A stretch of 64,000 bases of DNA, taken from Ostreococcus lucimarinus. Taxonomy: Eukaryota. Below the pieces are notes generated by a model. That model worked only from the letters and a program-made list of their open reading frames with translations. It was not told where the DNA came from and made no database searches. The position numbers and the translations under genes are program-made. Positions within the stretch are counted from its first letter, which is position 1. Each line of letters begins with the position of its first letter. The stretch lies in NCBI GenBank assembly GCA_000092065.1, contig CP000591.1, one strand, 5' to 3'. Of the stretch, positions 1 to 9,500 are shown piece by piece.

Positions 1-146
1 GGGAGAGCAGCAACGAGAGCCATCAGGCGACGGGACGGCGAGCGCGACGGGGGGGGTCGGCGTCGGCGTCGACGCCGCCGGGCGCGGGGCGACGCGCGGA
101 GAGAGGAGGGATCGATACGCCGGGACACTTCGCGTTCGCGACGCCG

Positions 147-461
147 ATGAGCGCGAGGGTGCGCGAGGAGGGGATGACGACGCCGAGAACGCCGACGCTG
201 GCGAACGATAGTCCGGATCGAGCGCGGTTGGATGAGCTCTTGGCGGCGCCCGTGAAGCCGAATTTCGGTACGCGGGCGGCGATCGAGTGCACGCCGCGAC
301 ACACGCCGTTGAAGCTGCGATTTGATGATAACGTGGACGTCGTCGTGAGTGGAACGCACGCGACGAGTAAGAAGCGCGCGCGTGGGAAGTTGAGCGATGT
401 GTTCAAGGCGACCAAGTCGACGACGCCGAGGCTCACGCGCGCGCGAAAGGCGATGTTGTGA
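147..461 (+). CDS. hypothetical protein; may be the terminal exon of a gene that begins upstream of the window
   Basis: ATG at 147 and TGA at 459-461. The same frame stays open upstream to base 3. The product is basic and Ser/Thr/Pro/Arg-rich with an RxxL motif. No family recognised. Confidence 0.3.
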   Translation: MSARVREEGMTTPRTPTLANDSPDRARLDELLAAPVKPNFGTRAAIECTPRHTPLKLRFDDNVDVVVSGTHATSKKRARGKLSDVFKATKSTTPRLTRARKAML

Positions 462-502
462 GCGACGCGGCGGTTCGGCGCGCAGTAATAATTAATCACG
501 AA

Positions 503-507
503 TGTAA
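503..507 (+). promoter_or_regulatory. TGTAA putative poly(A) signal for the + strand gene ending at 461
   Basis: The TGTAA pentamer is the green-algal poly(A) signal. It sits about 45 nt after the stop in an AT-rich island inside a very GC-rich sequence. Confidence 0.3.
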
Positions 508-532
508 AACAACGACGAGAGTACTTATTTGA

Positions 533-537
533 TTACA
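533..537 (-). promoter_or_regulatory. TGTAA (minus strand) putative poly(A) signal for spermidine synthase
   Basis: TTACA on + strand equals TGTAA on - strand, about 90 nt downstream of the minus-strand stop at 625. The 3'UTRs of the two genes are convergent. Confidence 0.3.
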
Positions 538-624
538 GGTCGTCGCGACGACGGACGTCGAAACGTCCGTCGTCTCGGGCAAAACACTCCAATGACACGA
601 ACAAAGCGACAAAACTGTATATAT

Positions 625-1584
625 TTACTCGGAACCCGGCACGAGGTGCGGCTCGAGCGCGGCGCGAGCGAACTCGGGCAGCACGAACGCCGCGGCGTGC
701 ACTTGCGGGTTATAATAGCGCATCGGTTTCAGCGCGCTTTCATCGGCGGGTCGCGGAAATCGCTTGGCCTTGGTGAAATCCACCGTCGACCCGTCCGCCG
801 CGGGTTTGCTGCACATCATGAAACCGATTTGTCCGCTCGGGTAAGTCGGTATCGTGGTGTACCCGTACGCCATGGACCCACCGACGAAAATACCCTTGCA
901 CATCTTCGCCAAGTCCTCGATCAAATCGATGTGCAACCACACGCACTCGGCTTGCGTGCACACGACGCCGCCGGGCTTGAGCGCGCGGTGCATCTTTTTA
1001 AAGAACGCCTCCTCGAACAAAACGCTCGCCGGTCCGATCGGATCGCTCGAGTCGACGATGATGGCGTCGTACGTCCCCTCCTCCGCGTCCCCGACGTACT
1101 TGATCCCATCGCAAATATTCACCTCCACTCGCGCGTCGTCGAACCCCACCGCCATCGACGGCAAGAATTTCTTCGACATCTCCACCACCATCCCATCGAT
1201 CTCCGCGATCTCGATCCTTTCGATCGATCCGTGTCGCGTCACCTCCCTGAGCACGCCTCCATCGCCGCCACCGACGACGAGCACGCGTTTCGGTTCCTCG
1301 TTCAGCGCGCACAGCGGCAGGTGCGTTATCATCTCCTGGTACGCGAACTCGTCCCGCTCCGTCGCCTGAATCACCCCGTCCAGCACCAGCACGTTCCCGT
1401 ACGCCGAGTTTTTAAACACGTACACGTCTTGAAACTCGCTCCGTCCGCGGAACAGCTCCTCGTCGATCTTCAGCGACATCGCCTGGCCTTTCCACATTTC
1501 GCTCACCTCGCACAACCATCCCTCACCGCACGCGCCGATGCACTTGTCCGCGCTCTGCGGCGCGTCGTCGGCGTATTTATTCAT
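625..1584 (-). CDS. SPDS: spermidine synthase (aminopropyltransferase)
   Basis: The product aligns along its whole length with spermidine synthases: GWFxE, VLVIGGGDGG-like '[15 protein letters not shown]', DSSDPIGPA and C-terminal YPSGxIGF. The first ATG is at 1584 (rc CAT 1582-1584). Confidence 0.9.
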   Translation of the reverse strand: MNKYADDAPQSADKCIGACGEGWLCEVSEMWKGQAMSLKIDEELFRGRSEFQDVYVFKNSAYGNVLVLDGVIQATERDEFAYQEMITHLPLCALNEEPKRVLVVGGGDGGVLREVTRHGSIERIEIAEIDGMVVEMSKKFLPSMAVGFDDARVEVNICDGIKYVGDAEEGTYDAIIVDSSDPIGPASVLFEEAFFKKMHRALKPGGVVCTQAECVWLHIDLIEDLAKMCKGIFVGGSMAYGYTTIPTYPSGQIGFMMCSKPAADGSTVDFTKAKRFPRPADESALKPMRYYNPQVHAAAFVLPEFARAALEPHLVPGSE

Positions 1585-1756
1585 CCCTCGCGCGGTCGTC
1601 GCGCGGCGACGCGGCGCGCGGACGCGGAGCGCGCGGACGCGGAGCGCGCGGAGCGAAATCGCGTCTCGGAGTGGCGGCGCCGCGCCGCACAGCTCGACGC
1701 CGCGTCCGCGTCGCGTCGCGTCGCGCGCTCGCGTCGCGACGCGCACCGCGCGCGCG

Positions 1757-3883
1757 ATGGCGCTCACGACGTCGGTCGCGAGGGCGCGCGACGCGCGCGC
1801 GAGCGCCGATCGCGTCGTCGGTTTGGTCGGCGGTCTTCGCGTCGTCGTCGACGCGCTGCGCGAGCACGCCGCGGATGGACTCGCGACGAACGTCGCGCAC
1901 GTGCGCGAGGACGCGATGTACGTCGTGTTTCTCGCGGCGAGCGTGATCGGGTTCGGGACGGTGGCGAGCGGGGAGATGATGAGCCTGCGGCGACGACGGG
2001 ACAGGGCGCGCGCGGCGCTCAAGGAGTGCGCGACGATGTTGGATCTGAAGAGCAAAGAGACGAGCGGCGCGGCGGCGACGGCGGCGGTGGGGCGGAAAAC
2101 GCGCGACGCGGGACGGGGGAAGCGGACGCGCGAGATCGGGGTCGGGAAAGACTTTTGGAACGAGTTGGGATATCTGTTAAAGGTGGCGTTTCCCACGGCG
2201 GGGAGCCGAGGAGGGCAGTTGTTGGGCGCGCAGTTCACGCTGCTCGTCATGCGCACGCTGTTGACGGTCAGGGCGAATAAGGTGAACACGTTCTATTTGA
2301 CCAAGGCCATCTCGAGCGCGTCGTGGAAGTTTTGGGTGCGGTGGTTTTTCAACTTTGGCGGTTGGATGGCGAGCGGCGTGGTGGTGAACAGCGGGCTGCG
2401 ATACACCGAGAGTTTGATCACGATCGAACTCAGAGCGGCGTTGACGAAGAAGGCGCATAAGATGTACATGGAAAACAATAACTTTTACAAGACGGCGGTT
2501 TTGCGTCAAGGCGGGTTGGATAACGTCGATCAACGCATCGTGGCGGACATCGACGCCTTCGCCAAGGAGACGGCTTTCCTGTACGGGCACTCGTTCAAGC
2601 CCATTTTGGAGTTCACGCTGAGCTTGACCGAAGCCGCGAAGGAGTTGGGCTATTCTCGCCCGCTCGCGCTTTTCGCGTCACAAATCATCATCACCGGCGT
2701 TTTGCGATCCATCGCCCCGCGACTCGGACCGATGGTCGCTCGCGAAGCCGCGCTCGAGGGCGGTTTCCGCCACACGCACGCGCGCTTGATCGCTCACGCG
2801 GAGGAAATCGCCTTATTAGACGGGGGCAAACGCGAGATTGAGATTTTAGATGAAGGCTTGGATAATTTGGTCGTCACGCAGCGCTGGCATGCGCTGCAGC
2901 GTATTCGCAAGAGCGTCGCCGACAACGTATCCAAGTTCCAAGGCTTGCTCGTGGGCAGTATTTTCGTACACGTCCCGTTCATGATGAAGGCATCAGTGTC
3001 CGAAGGCGAGCGCATTTCATCCTTCCGAGCCACCGAGGAGCTCATGCTTCGATGCGGCGGCGCGTTCACCGAAGTGTTGCTTCTCGGCAAAAATCTCGAC
3101 GAACTCGCCGGATACACGCACCGGCTTTCGCAACTGTTCAAAACGTTGGATCTCGCGAGCAAGGAAGCGCGCGAAGACAAGGCTAAACTGGCTTCGGCAG
3201 GCGCTGACCACGCCGAAGGCTCGCCGATCGTGTTCGATAAAGTCACCGTAGGAGCGCCCGAGCCGGATGGCTCGCAACGCGTGTTGGTGAAGGACTTGAC
3301 GCTCGCCGTGGCGTCGGGTCAACACTTGTTGATAACTGGTCCGAATGGATGCGGAAAAACGTCATTGCTTCGCGTGTTGGCTGGATTATGGGCGCCCGTG
3401 TCCGGCACCGTCACCAGACCGTCTGGCGTATCCAGCATCATGTGGTTGCCGCAACGGCCGTACTTGTTGCAAGGATCGTTGCGCGATCAAGTCGTGTACC
3501 CGCGCGACGCGCGCACGGAGAAGATCGTCGACGCGCGCGTGAAGGAGTGTCTGATGATGGCTGGCCTGGCCAAATTCGTGGACGGCTCCATGAACGTTGG
3601 ATTAAACACGCGGCACTTGGAGTGGAACGATGTGTTGTCCGGCGGCGAGCGTCAGAGAATCGGTTTCGCCCGCCTTTACTATCACGCGCCAAAGTTTGCC
3701 ATTCTTGACGAAGCGACGAGCGCAATCAATCCAGACGAAGAGTCCAAGCTGTACGAACGTCTCATCGAAACCGACACCACCGTCGTGAGCATCGCGCACA
3801 GGCTCGAGCTTAGAAAATTCCACAAGTTGGAACTCAAAATCGCGGGCGACGGCGAAGGCGGTTTTCGAATCCTCAAACTTTAG
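1757..3883 (+). CDS. peroxisomal-type ABC transporter, subfamily D half-transporter (TMD+NBD)
   Basis: ATG at 1757. The N-terminal TMD has an ABCD-like EAA region. The C-terminal NBD has Walker A 'GPNGCGKTS', signature 'LSGGERQR' and Walker B 'ILDEATSA'. Confidence 0.85.
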   Translation: MALTTSVARARDARASADRVVGLVGGLRVVVDALREHAADGLATNVAHVREDAMYVVFLAASVIGFGTVASGEMMSLRRRRDRARAALKECATMLDLKSKETSGAAATAAVGRKTRDAGRGKRTREIGVGKDFWNELGYLLKVAFPTAGSRGGQLLGAQFTLLVMRTLLTVRANKVNTFYLTKAISSASWKFWVRWFFNFGGWMASGVVVNSGLRYTESLITIELRAALTKKAHKMYMENNNFYKTAVLRQGGLDNVDQRIVADIDAFAKETAFLYGHSFKPILEFTLSLTEAAKELGYSRPLALFASQIIITGVLRSIAPRLGPMVAREAALEGGFRHTHARLIAHAEEIALLDGGKREIEILDEGLDNLVVTQRWHALQRIRKSVADNVSKFQGLLVGSIFVHVPFMMKASVSEGERISSFRATEELMLRCGGAFTEVLLLGKNLDELAGYTHRLSQLFKTLDLASKEAREDKAKLASAGADHAEGSPIVFDKVTVGAPEPDGSQRVLVKDLTLAVASGQHLLITGPNGCGKTSLLRVLAGLWAPVSGTVTRPSGVSSIMWLPQRPYLLQGSLRDQVVYPRDARTEKIVDARVKECLMMAGLAKFVDGSMNVGLNTRHLEWNDVLSGGERQRIGFARLYYHAPKFAILDEATSAINPDEESKLYERLIETDTTVVSIAHRLELRKFHKLELKIAGDGEGGFRILKL

Positions 3884-3910
3884 ATTACTTGTGATAGCAC
3901 GTATATTACA

Positions 3911-4984
3911 TTAATGCGTCGACGTCGTCAAGTATGCGAACAACAGCATGGGCGCGCCGAAGAGGCCGACCATGGTGAGCATCGCCTGCGTGTTCAGCGC
4001 CTTGACTTCTTCTTCGTCGATTTCGCCCGCAAACTTTTCGTTCGCCATCTTGATCAGGTACTCGTCGTACGCGTCTAGTTTTGCGGCGTCCATGTAATCG
4101 AATAAGTCCGATTTCATCTTCTTGGAAGCCGTCGTCATCCCCCAAATCATTCGATCCGCTTGCTTGGACACGTTTCCGTACTGGTTTCCGATGCACCGAC
4201 GATACTGCTTCAACGCCTCATCTCGGCGCTGCAAGTTGTCCAGACAGATGGCGTAGTTGAAGATTATCCTCCCGCCCATCTCCGTCTTTTGCCCGATGCG
4301 ATCGAGCGCCCACGGCTCGAGCAAATCGAGCGCGTCTTGCATGTATCCTCGCTTCATCGCCTCGCCCGAACGCTCCAAAACCTCCCGCACCTCCGCGTAC
4401 TCCGCGTTCGTCAGCGTCATCCCCTGATCCTCGCGATATTTCGCCAATTTCTTCGCCACTCTCGCCCTTCGCGCCGCGATCGCCTCCTCGTCCTCCAACT
4501 CCTCCCGTTTAACGGTTCGTCCGCCGCCGTACGTCTTCGATATATCCGGCGGTCGCTCGAACACCCCCCACGTGCTCACCGACGGTTTATACACCGCGTC
4601 CTCCACGTCGTACCCCACCGCCTTCTCGTCCGCGTCGAACGGGTCGTAATCCCGGTCCCGCGTCAAGATGCGCACCGTCACCTCCCGTTTGCGCGTCGCC
4701 CCCGTCGCGCCGTCGCTCGCCGTCTCGCTCGCGAACGTCCCGTCCGTCGTCGACGCCTCCATCGCGTCGTCCCGATCGCCTCCGTCGCCCTCCGCGCGCG
4801 CGCGCTCCATCGCCGCCGCGTACTCGCGCGCCTTTTTCACGCGATCCTCCACCGACGCGCGCAGATCGATCCTCGCGTCCGCGTCCTCGCGCGGCGCCGC
4901 GCGCGCGCGAGAGCGACGCCGTCGCGCGACGCGCGTCGGCGCCCGCGGCCGCGCGACGCGCGCGACGCGCGCCGCGCGCGCCAT
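3911..4984 (-). CDS. conserved hypothetical protein with C-terminal transmembrane anchor
   Basis: 357-aa ORF with ATG at 4984 (rc CAT 4982-4984). It has an acidic N-terminus, a helical middle region and a hydrophobic C-terminal helix 'MLTMVGLFGAPMLLFAYL'. No family recognised. Confidence 0.5.
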   Translation of the reverse strand: MARAARVARVARPRAPTRVARRRRSRARAAPREDADARIDLRASVEDRVKKAREYAAAMERARAEGDGGDRDDAMEASTTDGTFASETASDGATGATRKREVTVRILTRDRDYDPFDADEKAVGYDVEDAVYKPSVSTWGVFERPPDISKTYGGGRTVKREELEDEEAIAARRARVAKKLAKYREDQGMTLTNAEYAEVREVLERSGEAMKRGYMQDALDLLEPWALDRIGQKTEMGGRIIFNYAICLDNLQRRDEALKQYRRCIGNQYGNVSKQADRMIWGMTTASKKMKSDLFDYMDAAKLDAYDEYLIKMANEKFAGEIDEEEVKALNTQAMLTMVGLFGAPMLLFAYLTTSTH

Positions 4985-5138
4985 CGCGCGCGCCGCTCTC
5001 GCGCGATCGCGCGCGCGCGACCGCGCGACGTTCGCGTCTCGAGGTTCGACGTCGAAACCGACGCGAGGTTCGATCGCGCGCGCTCGAACCTCGCGATCGC
5101 GGGTTCGATCGCGCGCGCGCCGACGTCACTGCGCGTCG

Positions 5139-5432
5139 ATGCCCGCGACCGGGACGGCGTCGTCGCGCGACGAGATCGTGCCCCCGCGACGAGGCGCGCG
5201 AAATCCATGGGTGCTCGTCGGTGCGGGCGCCACGGCGGCGGTGTTGCTCGCGGGATTCGTCGCGTTCAGGGCTGGGGACGCGCGCGCGTCGCAGCGGATG
5301 ATGCGCGCGCGAGTGCTCGCGCAGGGCGCGACGGTGGCGCTGATGGTGGCGACGTCCGCGGGAGGACTGTCGAGCGCGACGTCTTGGACGCTCGCGCGTC
5401 CCGGCGCGGGCGGGACGGCGGGCGAGGGGTGA
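5139..5432 (+). CDS. HIG1 (hypoxia-induced gene 1 / Rcf1-like) domain protein
   Basis: 97-aa ORF, ATG at 5139. It has two hydrophobic helices with HIG1 spacing: 'PWVLVGAGATAAVLLAGFVAFRAG' then 'RMMRARVLAQGATVALMV'. These match the PFVPIG...G and R-x-AAQG motifs of HIGD1A/Rcf1. Confidence 0.55.
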   Translation: MPATGTASSRDEIVPPRRGARNPWVLVGAGATAAVLLAGFVAFRAGDARASQRMMRARVLAQGATVALMVATSAGGLSSATSWTLARPGAGGTAGEG

Positions 5433-6424
5433 CGGACGCGCGGGCGAACGCGCGCGGGTTCGCGGCGAGCGCGACGACGACGCGCGGCGACGACGACGCG
5501 TCGACGTCGCGCGACGGAGGCGCGAGCGATGGTGGGGAGCGCGGGCGCGACGGTGACGCGAGAGACGCGCGCGCGAGGCGGGACGAGGAGTCGCGCGCGG
5601 TGCTGCGCGAACGCGCGCTGCGAGCGGCGTTGAAGCGCGTGCGCGAGCTGGGATGGACGGACGCCGCCGTCGACGCGGGATTGAGGGATTTGAATTTGTC
5701 GCCCGCGATGCGCGCGATCGTTCGCGGCGACGCGGGGGCGGGCGCGAGGGACTCGGGACCGGGCGACGGGCTCGCGGGGGAGTTGGCGGGATACTTTGAG
5801 GAGTGCGCGGACGCGGCGTTTCACGCGAAGGTCGTCGCCGAGGGCGAGACGCTGCGCGCGATGAAGTCGCGCGAGCGCGTGAAGTGGCTGATGCGCGCGC
5901 GTTTGGAGATGATCGAGTCCAAGCTCGATTCGTGGCCGCGCGCGCTCGCCGCGATGGCGACGCCGCGGTACGCGATGACGACGCTTCGGCGTCGCGCCGC
6001 GCTCGCGGATTTCATCGCCGACGCCGCGGACGTCGACGCCTTGGACGTGCTTCCGGATTCGTTGGATACGTTTCGTTGGCACGCCGAACGCGCCGCGATG
6101 CTCGCGCTGTACGCCGCCACCGAGTTACGCTTGTTGACGGATTCGAGCAAGGATCGTCGCAAGACGTGGGCCTTTCTCGACGCCCGCGTCGACGACATCG
6201 CGCGATCCCGCGTCGACGTCCTCGAGCTCAAGTCGTACATCGACGTCTTCGCGCGCGACGCCGACTTGACGACGCTCGGCGCGTCGTTCGCGAGCAAAGA
6301 CGCGCTCGCCGCGGCGTTCGCGCCCGTCGCCGACGTCTTCGCTCGCGCGTCTCGCGCCGTCTTCTCGACCCCTTCGCGCGACGCGTCCGAGCGCGACCCG
6401 CCGCGCGACTCGCCCGATCGATAG
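5207..6424 (+). CDS. COQ9: ubiquinone biosynthesis protein COQ9 (conserved core 5593-6424; 5' end uncertain)
   Basis: 'HWPRAL' appears as 'SWPRALAAMATP'. 'WHAERAAMLALYAATELRLLTDSS' and the preceding HTH region align with COQ9. The only in-frame ATG upstream of the core is 5207. It gives a 130-aa R/G/D-rich N-terminal extension and overlaps the HIG1 ORF in another frame. Confidence 0.6.
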   Translation: MGARRCGRHGGGVARGIRRVQGWGRARVAADDARASARAGRDGGADGGDVRGRTVERDVLDARASRRGRDGGRGVTDARANARGFAASATTTRGDDDASTSRDGGASDGGERGRDGDARDARARRDEESRAVLRERALRAALKRVRELGWTDAAVDAGLRDLNLSPAMRAIVRGDAGAGARDSGPGDGLAGELAGYFEECADAAFHAKVVAEGETLRAMKSRERVKWLMRARLEMIESKLDSWPRALAAMATPRYAMTTLRRRAALADFIADAADVDALDVLPDSLDTFRWHAERAAMLALYAATELRLLTDSSKDRRKTWAFLDARVDDIARSRVDVLELKSYIDVFARDADLTTLGASFASKDALAAAFAPVADVFARASRAVFSTPSRDASERDPPRDSPDR

Positions 6425-6583
6425 TTTACCCGGTAGTCTTAATGCTCACGCGCGCGCCTTTAACCGACTTCGCGCGCGCTCGCCGTCGCGTTTTGTGTCG
6501 CTTCGGTCGCTCCACTCCCGGGTGTTTCACGCCCGAATCGTCGCGCCGCCGCGCGCCGCGCGTCACGCGCGCGCGCTCGAGCG

Positions 6584-9500
6584 ATGTCGTTCGACCTGCG
6601 CTGCGCCGTCCTGTGCTACGCCCTCGCCGGCGTCGCGCACGAGCTCGCGCACGTCCTCGCGCACGCCGCGCTCGCGCTCGCGAAGCGTCGCGGGTCGGTC
6701 GCCGTCTTCGACGCGTGCGCCGCGCTCGACGCGCGCGCGTCGCCGTCGTCGCTCGCGGCGACGCTCGCGCGCGCGCTCGGACGGTGGAGCGCGTTCGCGG
6801 ACGCGCTCGACGACGCGTCGTGCGCGAACGCGCGCGCGATCGTGCGATGGGCGGGCGCGCTGGCGAGCCTGGGCGCGGCGGCGGCGGCGACGACGCGAAC
6901 GCGAGGCGACAAAAGCGGAACGAGCGCGGCGCTGCGAGTCGCGTGCTGGGCGACGGTCCTGGACGCGGTGTGCACGGACGTGCTGGACGCGCTGCCGCGC
7001 GCGCGAGGGACGGTGCTGTGCGGGAACTTTGGGATTATTTTGATAAACGCGGCGTGGTGCGAGAGCGAACGCGGGAAGCGGGCGTTTGATTTGTTGGAGA
7101 AGATGGTGTACGTGACGATGATGCGAGGGGCGCAGAGCGGTGGAGTCGTGACGTTCGACGAGTGCCGTGAGAAGGCGCGAGGGGAGGGTGCGGCTGTGGC
7201 GCTGCGCGGCGCGAGAAGTCGCGTGGTGAACATGAAGCGCACGGATTTGAGCAAGCTCGTGCGAGCAAAGGCGGAACGCGACTGCGGAGGGGCGAAGATG
7301 GGTCGACAAAACGTCACGCGCATGATCGTCGGCCACACGCGGTTCGCGACGACGTCCAAGGCTACGTTTGACGGCACGCATCCGCATCAGTGGTCGCCGC
7401 CGCAGCAGTGTCTCGTGTACGGGCAAAAACAGAAAACGCCCGGGCCGACGCGCGTCGGCGTGGAGAATTACATCACGCACAACGGCGATTTCGACTTTTA
7501 CCAAATCAACAAAAACTGGTACGAGCTCGGTGAGATGCAGCGGTGGTTAGAAATCGCCACGGGACATCCCATGCCGAGCGTGGTGGATTCTGCCGCCATC
7601 GCTGGCGTTATCGATTTACTCAGAGCGCAGGGGAGCTTCGCGCTCGCCGCGAGATTTGCGGTGTGCGTGGGGCTGAACACGAGCGACGCGTCGAAGGACG
7701 CCCCCGTGCCAACGCTCGCGAAATTCGAAGAAATCGCGCGGTATTTTGAAAACGCTTTGGATGCGTCGCTGAGTGCAGGTAAACATACCGTTCGCGAGCT
7801 CGGCTTTCAGGCGAGCACGCGCGAGTTGCTCACGGAAAAGGTCGTATCCGCGCTCGAGGGCGAAGGCAAAGCAGCGATCGAGTGCATCAACTATTACATC
7901 GATGAAGAAATGGGATCGAGTCTACGACACTTTGTGCGATCGACGATCGATGCATTCTTCGACAACGATAGCTTATTCGTGACGAAGACATTTCTCGCCA
8001 ACGCGAAAGGTTCGTTTGGTTTGATGGTGACAAACTCTTTAGATGCGCATCGGCAGCTTTGCGTCGCCGCGCGGGGGCAAACTATAAGCATCGCGTTCTA
8101 CCCGAAGAAGGGTTTGATTTGTTACGGCTCTGAACAAGCCGCCGTTAAAGCGGGTTTGTCGATCCCGACACCAGGTGGTGACGTGTTGGCGAGCGTTCAC
8201 GGCGGTGAATTCGGCGACGACAACGCCGCCGTGCGTCTCGACTTGGACGATTTGAATGGCGAAATTTGTTTGTTAGATTGGGAAGACGGCGACGAACCCG
8301 CGGTGTCGTTCCCGAACTCGCACTTGGAGCAATACCCACTCATGGGTGGCAAAGTTACCGTCGTCCTCGCCGCTGAAGGTACATCTGGCGTGAGCAAGTC
8401 AACCATCGGAACGCCTGCGCAGAGTCTCGTCATGCGCAAGCCGAGCCTACACGTGGGCGTTAGCGTGGACAAGAAGCTGTTTCGCCGAATGACTCGACTC
8501 GAAGGGAACGACCTCATCAAGCCGCTTTTACCCGATCGAGAGGACTTGGTGCTGCACGATATTCACGATATTCCCAAAATTTTGCGAAACATTCAGGAAG
8601 ACTGGCAAAATCGCCCACAGGCCACGATTAGTCTCAATCGACTCACGGCTTGGAACCTTGCGCGTTGTTTGCGGCGACGTCTCGATCGCCGACTCAACAG
8701 TACGACAAAGTCATCGCGTTCAATAGATGTCGTCGTCACCGGTTGTGAAGTGTCGCTTTGGCTAGCCGAACAATTTGCGGCTGATTTACAGCAAGCGTTC
8801 CCCCGGCTGACGGTGAAAGCTGTGAGCTCGAATAAAATACTCGGTTTGTTCGGCCAAGACATTCCCATCCCAACAGTGGGATTCCCAGACTCAAAGAAGA
8901 ACGATGACTTTACGGACTCTGTCGTCATTGTCGTCAGTCACTCTGGCGGGACGTTTGCGCCACTCGCGACTTCGAATCTCCTCGTGAGCTCCACGAGCTC
9001 CATCTTCGTCGTCGCCAGCGAATGGGACACACAAATCGGCAAACAACTCAGAGCGATCAAGTCTGATGGGGCCTTCTGCAGCCGTATCTTTAGCACAGAT
9101 GTTGGCGTCCGACCAGCTGAGCCGTGTTCGGTGAGCGTTGCGGCGACGCAGCAACTTTTGACGCAAATTTTCATGCACATGTCACTCGTGATTCTCGGTA
9201 ACGCCGATTACCGCAAGTACGCGGGCGCCGTGGTTACGAAGCACGACTTGGCGGAACTCGAAAGGTGCAATCAAATGAACATCACCGCGCTGGAAGAAAT
9301 AGTGGGAGTGAAAGCGACGGGCGAAAAGGTCGACTCGTCGACGGAGCGTAGTCTTCGAGCGCAAGGCGACGAGTGGTCCGATCACGTTCTCGAAGGCGTC
9401 AAGGGGTGGATGATGTCGTTTGCATACATCGTCGGCACCGTAACGGCGGGATACCCGCTCATCACCGGCGTTGCCGCCGCTTGTGGACTCGCGGCGACTT

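Noticed and set aside
529-2280. 583-aa ORF on + strand
   Set aside because: It is antisense to the spermidine synthase CDS and overlaps the ABCD start. The translation is Arg/Ala/Gly-rich low complexity, typical of spurious open frames in >65% GC DNA.
4160-5206. Upstream part of the 754-aa ORF that contains COQ9
   Set aside because: It overlaps the minus-strand gene 3911-4984 and has no COQ9 similarity. It is an R/L/P-rich artefact of GC content, and ATG 5207 is the first credible start.
5529-5590. Mini-exon + 41-nt intron model to give COQ9 its own ATG downstream of HIG1
   Set aside because: The intron would be far shorter than the two verified introns (212 and 244 nt) and has weak splice signals. 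I left it as an open question instead.
6563-7504. 313-aa minus-strand ORF (and similar 5126-6082, 5821-6297)
   Set aside because: Antisense to well-supported genes (GFAT-like, COQ9). Low-complexity Arg-rich translations.
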